Assembly (NCBI RefSeq): GCF_964355755.1
Contig: NC_092672.1
Location: 62,001-126,000 of the forward strand
Reading direction: 5' to 3'
Origin: Antedon mediterranea
Taxonomy: Eukaryota > Animalia > Echinodermata
Length of the DNA stretch: 64,000 bases
This document shows, in pieces, positions 12,901 to 23,870 of this stretch. Every line of letters starts with the position of its first letter. Positions within the stretch are counted from its first letter, which is position 1. The notes under the pieces are model-generated. The model searched no databases and was not told where the DNA came from. It saw only the letters and a program-made list of their open reading frames with translations. A program made the position numbers and the translations under genes.

Positions 12901-15900
12901 ACTATGACACTTACCAATAGAGGTATTATTGTAAACACTATGACACCAATAGAGGTACTATTGTAAACACTATGACACTTACCAATAGAGGTACTATTGT
13001 AAACACTATGACACTTACCAATAGAGGTACTATTGTAAACACTATGACACTTACCAATAGAGGTACTATTGTAAACACTATGACACTTACCAATAGAGGT
13101 ACTATTGTAAACACTATGACACTTACCAATAGAGGTACTATTGTAAACACTATGACACTTACCAATAGAGGTACTATTGTAAACACTATGACACCAATAG
13201 AGGTACTATTGTAAACACTATGACACTTACCAATAGAGGTACTATTGTAAACACTATGACACTTACCAATAGAGGTACTATTGTAAACACTATGACACTT
13301 ACCAATAGAGGTACTATTGTAAACACTATGACACTTACCAATAGAGGTACTATTGTAAACACTATGACACTTACCAATAGAGGTACTATTGTAAACACTA
13401 TGACACTTAACCATAGAGGTACTATTGTAAACACTATGACACTTACCAATAGAGGTACTATTGTAAACACTATGACTTAACCACTTACCAATAGAGGTAT
13501 TATTGTAAACACTATGACACTTACCAATAGAGGTACTATTGTAAACACTATGACACTTACCAATAGAGGTACTATTGTAAACACAATGACACTTACCAAT
13601 AGAGGTACTATTGTAAACACAATGACACCAATAGAGGTACTATTGTAAACACTATGACACTTACCAATAGAGGTACTATTGTAAACACTATGACACTTAC
13701 CAATAGAGGTACTATTGTAAACACTATGACACTTACCAATAGAGGTACTATTGTAAACACTATGACACTTACCAATAGAGGTACTATTGTAAACACTATG
13801 ACACTTACCAATAGAGGTACTATTGTAAACACTATGACACTTACCAATAGAGGTACTATTGTAAACACAATGACACTTACCAATAGAGGTACTATTGTAA
13901 ACACTATGACACCAATAGAGGTACTATTGTAAACACTATGACACTTACCAATAGAGGTACTATTGTAAACACTATGACACTTACCAATAGAGGTACTATT
14001 GTAAACACTATGACACCAATAGAGGTACTATTGTAAACACTATGACACTTACCAATAGAGGTACTATTGTAAACACTATGACACTTACCAATAGAGGTAC
14101 TATTGTAAACACTATGACACTTACCAATAGAGGTACTATTGTAAACACTATGACACTTAACCATAGAGGTACTATTGTAAACACTATGACACTTACCAAT
14201 AGAGGTACTATTGTAAACACTATGACTTAACCACTTACCAATAGAGGTATTATTGTAAACACTATGACACTTACCAATAGAGGTACTATTGTAAACACTA
14301 TGACACTTACCAATAGAGGTACTATTGTAAACACAATGACACTTACCAATAGAGGTACTATTGTAAACACTATGACACTTACCAATAGAGGTACTATTGT
14401 AAACACTATGACACTTACCAATAGAGGTACTATTATAAACACTATGACACTTACCAATAGAGGTACTATTGTAAACACTATGACACTTACCAATAGAGGT
14501 ACTATTGTAAACACAATGACACTTACCAATAGAGGTACTATTGTAAACACTATGACACTTACCAATAGAGGTACTATTGTAAACACTATGACACTTACCA
14601 ATAGAGGTACTATTGTAAACACTATGACACTTACCAATAGAGGTACTATTGTAAACACTATGACACTTACCAATAGAGGTACTATTGTAAACACTATGAC
14701 ACTTACCAATAGAGGTACTATTGTAAACACTATGACACTTACCAATAGAGGTACTATTGTAAACACTATGACACTTACCAATAGAGGTACTATTGTAAAC
14801 ACTATGACACTTACCAATAGAGGTACTATTGTAAACACTATGACACTTACCAATAGAGGTACTATTGTAAACACTATGACACTTACCAATAGAGGTACTA
14901 TTGTAAACACTATGACACTTACCAATAGAGGTACTATTGTAAACACTATGACACTTACCAATAGAGGTACTATTGTAAACACTATGACACTTACCAATAG
15001 AGGTACTATTGTAAACACTATGACACTTACCAATAGAGGTACTATTGTAAACACTATGACACTTACCAATAGAGGTACTATTGTAAACACTATGACACTT
15101 ACCAATAGAGGTACTTTTTGTGGAAGGTTGAGAAGTCATTTTTGAATTCACTGTTGTATTTGTCTTTTGTATAAGCCCAGCTGCTAGTAGGACATTGTTC
15201 ACTTCTTCACCGTTTTTCTTTGGTTTCTTGTTTTTTTTCTTTCGTTCTTTACGATGTAACCAAGGATCTAAAAAATGTAAAAGATGAAGAAGTCATTGCT
15301 GACGACAAATATGAAAAAAAAAATGCTTATGCCTATAAATGATGATAAATAAACTTGTATTCTTACCAGCATCGCCAAACGAATCACTTTGGAATGGATT
15401 GAAGTCATCTTCATCATTCGATGATAGCTCTGAATTACCAGTATCAGATTCCTCATCACTCAACCTTTTCATTTTCTCATTGTCACTAACATCAAAATTA
15501 CTATCAATGTCACTATCATCATCAAAAAATGTTTTTCCTCGTTTATTATTTGATTTTTGATCACTAACACGTTTTCGTTTACGACTTGTTTTTTCTTTCA
15601 TGTAACTATCAGGCGTGTTGCTTCGACTGTCGTCAAAGTCCCAGCCAAATAATCCACCTAATGTTTTCCGCCTGTTTGGTGCAGGAAAATGTTTTTCAAC
15701 TAATGTACTAAAAACACCCCTGGAAATAAAAAATTCTATCTTTTATTGCAATGTACATGAAACAAAGTTAAAGCTACTACAACTGGTATGGGGGTGGGGG
15801 TGACCCAAATACTACGGCCCTGAAGTTAAAGCTACTACAACTGGTATGGGGGTGGGGGTGACCCAAATACTTAGTGTGCGAACCCCCCCTTGACAGATCC

Positions 15901-18900
15901 TGGCTACGGCCCTGAAGTTAAAGCTACTACAACTGTATACTTTAAAAACAAAAACTACCTAACTTCACAAAATAATCATCCTTTTAAAAAAATAAATTCT
16001 TAAAACATTAATTTAACTTGGTTTAATATTATTGCCTTTTTAAAAAAAATACAATGCAAATGCCTTATGTGAAATACTAATAATAATTCTACAGCACTTA
16101 CTTAGCAGTAGATACAAAATCATTAAGTTCACCTCCTGCTTCTTCTAATGCATCTAATGTTCTTGCCTCACCTGTTGACTGTAGGCCTATTACAACACAC
16201 TTAAAGAAAATTATCACTCAAATTAAATTGTTACTTTAATATACTTGGTAGATTAACAGAATGAGTCTATAAGATCAACAGAATGAGGGTTGGCAAGCAC
16301 CATGTTAATAATTCTACAGAGTCTCTTAAACACAATGAAGCAGCTGTGTTACACCTTAAAAATAATTTACAATGAAAATAGTTCACTTAAAAATATTGTA
16401 GAAAGAGTAATCTTGACAACTGTGAACAAACCTTTCCATTTTTGACAGATTCCCTTGCCACCTTGACTGCATATGGCACTTTTGAAGCAATACACATGTA
16501 CTTGAAGAACCTCTGATGAGCTGACCAGAACTGACCCCACATTGACTTGCGCATTCTATGCTCTGCACCAATTAAGTCAGCTGCTTTCTGGAAATATGCC
16601 CTACTTTTCATCCACTATATAAATAAACAAATAGAATACATTCTGCAATATTTTTATCAATTCTTATTTGATAAACATCTTAGTAGCTGGTGCACAAAAA
16701 TGACACTACTTAGATACTGTCTTACCAGATGTGCAGATTTATTATATATCTCAATAAACCTCTTGGCTAATGATACTTCTTGTATACTGAATGAGACACC
16801 GTGAAAACTCAGTTGACGTGCAATGTACATGCCTCGCAGTTTCATATCCATGGCAACTATTTCCATAGCACCAACTCCCCTGTATAATTGTATAAAATAA
16901 ACACAAATTCAAGATGACTGAATCACAGTTTAGAATTGGTTAAGAATTGATTTTGAATGACACTTGCCTTCTTTCAACAGCTTGAATGAATGAAGGAAAC
17001 TCTGGAAAAGGTGTATCTTTGCCCCATAGGCCTAACCTTGTCATGTAAGCCATATTCTTTGGTTCTGACGCTCCTTAAAAAATTAGGAAAATCAAAGTTA
17101 ATATATTATGAAACTACTTATACAAAAACATTATTTGATATACAGTTTTTAAATATATTACTTCTATTGGTAGTTTTATTTATTTTTTATTATCAAGGAT
17201 ATTACTTGCTTTCAAATACTATTAATGAACACAACAGCATTTAAAAAAAAAACTTGTTGGCTGTTCTTACCTGTGGCACTACAATATACAATTCTTGCTT
17301 TTGGAAGCTGCTGTTGAAGATCTAGTACCGTAAGTCCAGTCTTTGTTGGTCTAGATGATCCAACAGGAATCAAATTCTTTGCTTTATGACATTCATCCAA
17401 AATTATCTAATATGTAGTTGCTAAGGAAAAGAAGCACCATTGTAAACTAAAAATCCCTCATTATGGCAGTTTTTTGTAATTCTTTACATTTAATAAAAAA
17501 CAATTGAAAGGATACAGGACCATCAAAGTCCTTGCCGCACCAATGAACCAGCTGTTTTAAACGCGTTCTATATTTTCCACCAGCCTGACTTTCACCTATC
17601 AATGATGAGTAGGTAGCAAATATTACTCCTTTCTTTACACTATTGTTTGTATGTGAATTGATTTTGGCATATTTAAACTGTAAGAAAAAAAGGTATAAAA
17701 ATAACAAACTTTTTTAATTACTATGATCGTTTTAAGGAACATTGTAACAGGCTTTACACAATATGTTGTCAAATATGTTGGTTTCATCCTAAACTTACCT
17801 TGTTTAATGAATGCACACTTATATTTGCACCAATATCTTTTAAGTCTCTTTGAGCGTCATACTTCAAATCATTAGAAACAGACAGCCTGTGTAAAATTAT
17901 GAATTTATTTTTTATGCTTTTATTTTAATAGTAATTTTTTTATATATCCATTCAAGGAATTGGTAGAGAGCCACTCTAACAGAAAATTTAATTTGATGTA
18001 TTTTGTTTTTGTTTTTAAATACAAAAATAAATGTTGCTTTGAGATCATTTTTACAATCGATTGATAAAAGAAAACTGACCAGAGTGCACGCTTGCGTCCC
18101 AAGAGGTAATTTTCAAATATGATTCCAGCTACACATCTTCCTTTACCCACACCTGCACCGTCACCTAAAGTTTTAAAACAATAAAGAAAATTAACTTTGT
18201 GTATCTGTAGTTGGAAAATACTAGCAACATAAAATTATAACAATTATTTTTACACTCTAGAGAAGAAGACTCACCGATAAGAAAGCCCGCCCTCTCTCCA
18301 CTAGCAAGGAATGACTCATGTTGTTGACAGGCATATGTGACTGCTTCAAGTTGCAGTGCGGAGAGGTGTCCATAGTCAATAGTACTTTCTGGAATGGCAA
18401 GTCTATACCAAACATCTGGAGGTTGAACACTTGCAAGAGAACTAGTCTCAACTACAGGATCTGGATGTTTTATCCCAAGTTTTACTGTTATAAATATGAA
18501 AAATCAGATCAGAAAAATAAGTAGTATAATAATATACAGTAAAATAGATGACATTTCATTGACATAGATTTTATTTGTGGTACATTAGTAATTTGGTATA
18601 ACTTACATTTACTAGGCATATAGTCAGAATATGTGTCAGCATAGCTTAAACCATCTTCGTCTTCATCCTCATCAGGTTCTTCCTCTTTTGGAGCTTTAAG
18701 AGCATTCACTACAGCCTAAAAAAATTGTTTAATATAATCATAAAGCCTGGTTCAATGTGTCTACAAGACACATACATTAAACTATAACACTTTTAGTATT
18801 TACTCAATTTTTTTAAATATTTACTGTAATAAAAACTGGTGTTTCTTACCGGAAGATAAATTGAATTTTTAGCATTTTCATTTGGCCAGGACTTGATTGT

Positions 18901-20010
18901 TGTATTAATAGTTTTAAAGTCTTTCTTCACTGCTTGTGCTTGGGTGGATCCTTGCGCAAGAGACGTCAAAGCTTTTGATGCTACACCCGTTAAAAGTGAA
19001 TGCTTAGAAACTACAGAAGTGGATGGTCTTGTTGTAAGTATAATAGTAGGCTCTGATTTTTTAGGTTGTGATTTCAAAGATGTTGCTATTTTTAAAGTCT
19101 TTGTATCAGATTTTCCATTTGAAATAACACTCTTTGGTGGTTCAATATTTAACTGTTCAATTGCTACTTGGCCAGGCCCTTTAGAAACCAATTTGTAAGT
19201 TTTTAGAATCTGATTATTTTGAAGGTTAGATAGTCCAGTTGCTGACTTTATCATGGTGGTTGGGGTCTGACCAAGAGATTTTGGAATTACAATTGTTTGC
19301 CTTGATGTCTGTGGATGGATAACAATAGAAGGACGCCTTTGTTGTACCTACAAAATAATAATTTAGGTCATTAATTTAATTTTAGCACAAATGTATACAG
19401 TAATAAGAACACATGCCATGATCAGTCAACCATGTGTGACAGAAAATTCCCAAAATGTTTTAAAAACTTTCAGTATTAACTTATATTGAAAGGGATTGCA
19501 ATTAGGATACAAAGTATACATGCTTACCTGGTGAGTTGATTGAAGTGCTTCAATCAAAGGATCAGTCTCTGTAGTACTAACACCACTTTGAGCCAAAGCC
19601 TAATACAACAATATTAAATAAATACAAATTTTGTACAAATTTAACAGTCAATAAAACTATATTATTTTAGTTAAAAATTTCATACACTAAGCATAATCAA
19701 AACCTGAAATAAGTAGGTTATTCAAAATTGTTATCTGATAATTTTTTACAAATAAAGAAATAAAGTCAATAAATTGGCTGATTTTAAACATTGAAAATGG
19801 CAACAACAAATAGGCATGAAACACACTTTGCTGTCATTCAATTAAATGTTGGATGATCAAGTTCACCTGTGATATAAGTCCTCCTGTGTCAATATTCTGT
19901 TGGTTGTTGGTGTCATCATCAGGAGGATTCAGAATATCATTAATATCTAATGAAAGGCCACTCTCATTCATAGCTGCCGAAAGCAGATCAAAGCCTGGCT
20001 GCTCAGACAT
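1209..20010 (-). CDS. SBNO1: Strawberry notch homolog (SBNO1/sno), ~28 coding exons, apparently complete
   Basis: Spliced translation starts [18 protein letters not shown] (ATG at 20010, directly after an AG acceptor). Family motifs: [164 protein letters not shown]. Ends SADSAVL-TGA at 1209-1211. Approximate exons: 19867-20010, 19528-19599, 18850-19346, 18607-18715, 18275-18465, 18079-18164, 17799-17886, 17516-17677, 17271-17406, 16968-17073, 16726-16879, 16431-16614, 16101-16199, 15367-15719, 15103-15267, 9894-10073, 9656-9787, 8527-8662, 6709-6821, 6426-6497, 5995-6095, 5710-5784, 5467-5613, 5278-5372, 5053-5145, 4735-4953, 1453-1646, 1209-1315. Confidence 0.95.
1720..4640. repeat. Intronic minisatellite, 69/70-bp unit, ~42 copies
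   Basis: Unit tagcatagataactttttagacaatttctagtttgctatggggatccatagttcttggtgatgactggt; period 69 (1801 to 1870); G4/G5 and tcaaac/ttagac variants. Inside SBNO intron ~1647-4734. Confidence 0.97.
5785..5994 (-). other. GC-AG intron in SBNO
   Basis: Exon ends AAAG/GCAAGT; joining to the acceptor at 5785 restores the frame [15 protein letters not shown]. Confidence 0.8.
7005..7076 (-). tRNA. tRNA-like gene, anticodon ATC (Asp-reading); probably repeat-borne/pseudo
   Basis: Exact reverse complement of 7306-7377; full cloverleaf followed by a T5 Pol III terminator. Confidence 0.55.
7306..7377 (+). tRNA. tRNA-like gene, anticodon ATC (Asp-reading); probably repeat-borne/pseudo
   Basis: Acceptor stem GCCCCAG/TTGGGGC; D arm GTCT..GGAC with A-box TGGTCTAATGG; anticodon arm TCTGC-ATATCAA-GCAGG; 4-nt variable loop; T arm CCGAG-TTCGAGT-CTCGG (B-box); discriminator G; TTTTT at 7380-7384. 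Confidence 0.55.
7426..7612. repeat. Second, imperfect inverted repeat centred on a (TA)n tract; same element family as the adjacent palindrome
   Basis: tttcagtatatcaccgggcggt...tgcctcttgtgttt (TA)n aaacacaacaggca...acccggtgatacactgaaa. Ends with tttgaaacgat (the same motif as the palindrome arm ends) and another (TA)n. Confidence 0.75.
8112..8576. repeat. ~124-bp tandem array (~3.7 copies) duplicating the 3' end and splice donor of an SBNO exon
   Basis: Period 124/125 (8151, 8275, 8399, 8524); each unit contains coding [16 protein letters not shown] plus GT. Confidence 0.93.
8785..9560. mobile_element. Non-autonomous DNA transposon (MITE), Tc1/mariner-pogo type
   Basis: TIRs ccatattgttcttaataaacgccc / gggcgtttattaggaacaatacgg (24 bp, 2 mismatches), flanked by TA on both sides; no transposase ORF. 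Confidence 0.8.
10128..15115. repeat. 36-bp minisatellite, ~138 copies, each carrying the SBNO exon end and GTAAGT donor
   Basis: Unit acttaccaatagaggtactattgtaaacactatgac; minus strand reads gtacctctattg/gtaagtgtcatagtgtttacaata. 32-bp and 42-bp variants occur. Fills nearly all of intron 10074-15102. Confidence 0.98.
15847..15914 (-). mobile_element. Terminal fragment of a dispersed repeat (CAGGGCCGTAGCCAG end), also present at ~63038
   Basis: Near-identical reverse complement of 63038-63105; CAGGG-type terminus resembles hAT-like MITEs (inference). Confidence 0.6.
16880..16967 (-). other. GC-AG intron in SBNO
   Basis: GAAAGAAG/GCAAGT ... TACAG/G restores conserved [14 protein letters not shown]. 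Confidence 0.85.
17407..17515 (-). other. U12-type (minor spliceosome) GT-AG intron in SBNO
   Basis: 5' site /GTATCCTTT; branch site TTTTCCTTAGC ~13 nt before the terminal AG; no typical pyrimidine tract; joins DFDGP to IILDECH. Confidence 0.88.
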
Positions 20011-20659
20011 CTAATTAGAAAAACAAAAATTGAGTAAAGTATATTATCGACTATTGCGGTGACTAAGGTCTTATGAATAAAAAAATTGCATTTTACTATT
20101 TTTAAAGTACATTTACTGACATTGCTTGCAGACTGTCTGTTCATTTTGTTGTCAACAAGTGATATAAATATAAAACGCTGTTTTATTATTCCGGCAGAAT
20201 CAACACAATTGCTTGGTCAATTAAAAATCGCTCATACATGCACATTTTTATAACCTCATGTACAAAGTTTAACACCGATTTTTCCAACTGGTTTTATTTT
20301 TAACTCACAATTGTCTTTTTTGTCTTTACCCACAACTTCCTAGAGGGATGTTTGTTTTAGGTTTAGAGGGCCGAAAGCATGATTGTCTCAGTGAATTTGT
20401 TATGATAGGCAGTTGAGTTCTGATGCCGGAATCATAATAATTCAAGATAATTTATTGTTGCCATGAAGATTTTAAAACAATGTTTTGTTGTCCATTGTCA
20501 GATACCAACAGGTTTCTGGTTAAACTTAACCATTCATTTTGTCTTTTTATAATAATGTAATATTATTTTTGTTTACTTTTTTTTTCAAAAGCCTTAGAGT
20601 TAGACCTACCTTTTAATGAAAAGTAAGTGTAAAAAATGCTGTCTTGTTAAATATGACAA

Positions 20660-21200
20660 TTGTATAGGCCTACTACTACTCTACTACTAGGGCCAGGCCT
20701 AGCTAGGCTAGCCTAGACTAGGCCTAGAGTTAGTTGAAAGGTAGACTAATCTGCTAAAGTACGCCGTATCTACTAGACTAGGCCTGACAACCAGTACAGT
20801 GCCAGTGCCACTAACCTCCACACGTCGCACGCGGTTTATATTCATGTTGTTGTAGTTCATCCTATAGGCTAGGCCAGGCCTAGCTAGGCCTTTAGGAGGC
20901 CTAGGCCTAACCTTTTTAATTAGGCCATCGCTAATAATGTAATAAAAGAAACGCCAAAACCTTACAGAAATGTTAATTATGAGTACCTTGTTTATTCATG
21001 TATGTGTTTCAGGCGATTTTGGAGAATCCTTAAACTACGTTCTTTTTAAACAAAGCATGTTTTCCTACTAGCTAGGCTAATAGTAGTCTAGGCCAAGAAC
21101 GTCTGCTGCTCTATAAAAACGAACGATGGATGCTGAGATGAGATCACACATTTTTACCGTCAACCATGTTTCAATCGCGTCAACATTGTGTTTGTCGTCA
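20660..21200 (-). promoter_or_regulatory. Probable SBNO promoter / non-coding first exon region
   Basis: The start codon is preceded by an acceptor, so an upstream exon is required. Candidate donor AAG/GTACTC at ~20986; locally CpG-richer; cluster of AGGCCT/CTAG palindromes. Confidence 0.4.
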
Positions 21201-21839
21201 TATATTAACGCAAACATACAGACATTATACAATATACAATTATAGATTGATAGATTATTGTGTGATTGATAAGACGCATTTTAAGTGTGCCACTGTACCT
21301 ATTATTATTAAGTTTCAATTCTTCCAGATCATAGTATTCATTCATTAGTATTTTTCCGTGCAAAAATCCTTATTGTTATCCTGCTGGATCCTAAGGTGGT
21401 AGGCCTAGGGGTTCATTTATATCATTATTATTAATACAATAGATATATAAAGTATTATAAAAAGTGTTATTGGTGAAAAGTTGGCTCCTAAATTTCAATT
21501 ATTTTCAATTAAGATCAGAAACTGATTCTTGGAATTAAATTTAATATTTTATATCCAGGTAGCCTATATGCCTACTCTCCCAATCATGTTTGGTGTCCTT
21601 TCTCAATATGTGTAGCTCACACCTACACCCCACCGATTCTTGGAATGCCTAAGTCTCCCAGTCATGTTACTGTTCTTGTAGGTGTCCTGTCTCAATGTAT
21701 AGCTCACATGTACACCCCACCGATTCTTAGATAGAATTAAAAATCTTCTCTTTGGGTTCGTTCCCAATGCTTTCTTTGTCCCTTGTGTCCGAGGCAGAGA
21801 CCCGACTCAAGTTCCTGTATCTTTCTGGGATATCCAACT

Positions 21840-22987
21840 GCGTTATTCCTTTCCTCCCAGATGTATTGTTATTTGTAGGGCCTATATGTTATTCCTTTCC
21901 TGCCAGATGTATTGTTATTTGTAGGGCCTATATGTTATTTCTTATTTATTCCCTGATGTATTGTTATTTGTAGGGCCTATATGTTATTTCTTATTTATTC
22001 CCAGATGTATTGTTATTTGTAGGGCCTATATGTTATTTCTTATTTATTCCCTGATGTATTGTTATTTGTAGGGCCTATATGTTATTTCTTATTTATTCCC
22101 TGATGTATTGTTATTTGTAGGGCCTATATGTTATTTCTTATTTATTCCCAGATGTATTGTTATTTGTAGGGCCTATATGTTATTCCTTTCCTGCCAGATG
22201 TATTGTTATTTGTAGGGCCTATATGTTATTTCTTATTTATTCCCTGATGTATTGTTATTTGTAGGGCCTAGATATGTTATTTCTTATTTATTCCCTGATG
22301 TATTGTTATTTGTAGGGCCTTTATGTTATTTCTTATTTATTCCCATGATGTATTGTTATTTGTAGGGCCTATATGTTATTTCTTATTTATTCCCTGATGT
22401 ATTGTTATTTGTAGGGCCTATATGTTATTTCTTATTTATTCCCTGATGTATTGTTATTTGTAGGGCCTATATGTTATTTCTTATTTATTCCCTGATGTAT
22501 TGTTATTTGTAGGGCCTAGATATGTTATTTCTTATTTATTCCCTGATGTATTGTTATTTGTAGGGCCTTTATGTTATTTCTTATTTATTCCCTGATGTAT
22601 TGTTATTTGTAGGGCCTAGATATGTTATTTCTTATTTATTCCCTGATGTATTGTTATTTGTAGGGCCTTTATGTTATTTCTTATTTATTCCCTGATGTAT
22701 TGTTATTTGTAGGGCCTTTATGTTATTTCTTATTTATTCCCATGATGTATTGTTATTTGTAGGGCCTATATGTTATTTCTTATTTATTCCCAGATGTATT
22801 GTTATTTGTAGGGCCTTTATGTTATTTCTTATTTATTCCCTGATGTATTGTTATTTGTAGGGCCTATATGTTATTTCTTATTTATTCCCTGATGTATTGT
22901 TATTTGTAGGGCCTATATGTTATTTCTTATTTATTCCCTGATGTATTGTTATTTGTAGGGCCTATATGTTATTTCTTATTTATTCCA
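21840..22987. repeat. Intergenic 49-bp minisatellite, ~23 copies
   Basis: Unit gatgtattgttatttgtagggcctatatgttatttcttatttattccct; period 49 (21906 to 21955). Confidence 0.95.
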
Positions 22988-23099
22988 TTATTGTCTAAAT
23001 CAAAAGGAAGTAAATAAATATTATTTTGAATTGAAAAAAATAATGCTGCACGTCCACATCTTACAGTGGTTTTTTTTCCTATAAATATTTTAATGTGTC

Positions 23100-23870
23100 T
23101 GTAGACCTACTTCTTCGTCAAACCATGTTTCAACTACGCGTCAGGATTTGTAGCCGGCCACATCAATTTGAAATCCTGTTTTTTGCTTTTGTGGGTTTGT
23201 TTGCCTATTATCTGTAGTGCAATCCGTATTATTTCTTCTTTTCATTTGTTTGGGTTCTGTTTTTTTTTACTTCAAACAAAACTATTTTTATTAGTATTAT
23301 GTTTTTTTTTATTTGTATGTACATTATTATTAATAATATTTGGTAAGCTTTCTCCTTGGTAAATGGGTTGTTAATACCATCAAATTCTGTAATTTCCCTC
23401 AATGTTTTGCTATAAATGACTTTATCTGGTACATAAGTAGCCTATGTTGTGCAGGAATCATTGTTTTAAAAGTTAGCTTGGCTTAGGTAATAGTATTGAA
23501 ACTCTTTCCATTCTAAAGGTTTGTTTCTCCGTTTTGCTTCAATTTTTCGTTTTTCTTTATAAAGGCTTTCCATTCTTCTCGGTTTTTTTTTTGTCTGTTT
23601 CCTTGAAATGTAGATGTTCAAAAAGGGTCGAAGGTCCTTCATTAATCTAGCTTTTTTTTTTGTAGATTTTTCTCAAAGATTACTTTTATTAGTCTCGATT
23701 TCCCTTCTCGTTTCATTTTCCTAGCCTATTATCGGTGCAGTGATTTCATCATCTCACGTTTAACTGTTCAATATTGTGTTGGCTTGTGTTGTACTGTTTC
23801 CTAACTTTACTGTTAGGCACATGATATTTTTTTTTTCTCCTATCCCGTACTGTCTATATCCATGTAATCT
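23100..23870 (-). mobile_element. Degraded CR1/L2-type LINE remnant (ORF1 C-terminus and start of APE endonuclease)
   Basis: Interrupted minus-strand translation gives, in order, RLGK..REGKSRLIKV, NIYISR, LKQNGETNL (ORF1-like) and then NPD..VETWFDE (APE ETW motif); many stops and frameshifts. Confidence 0.5.

Noticed and set aside
10107-15145. Many long ORFs ([24 protein letters not shown] repeats) as independent genes
   Set aside because: Produced by a stop-free 36-bp unit inside an SBNO intron. The same applies to ORFs at 43144-46488, 47060-47814, 49139-49732 and 54353-55499.
21010-21040. KDSP-encoding stretch resembling ACAP exon 1
   Set aside because: Lies far downstream of ACAP, near the SBNO 5' end; chance match. 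The real exon 1 should be beyond position 64000.
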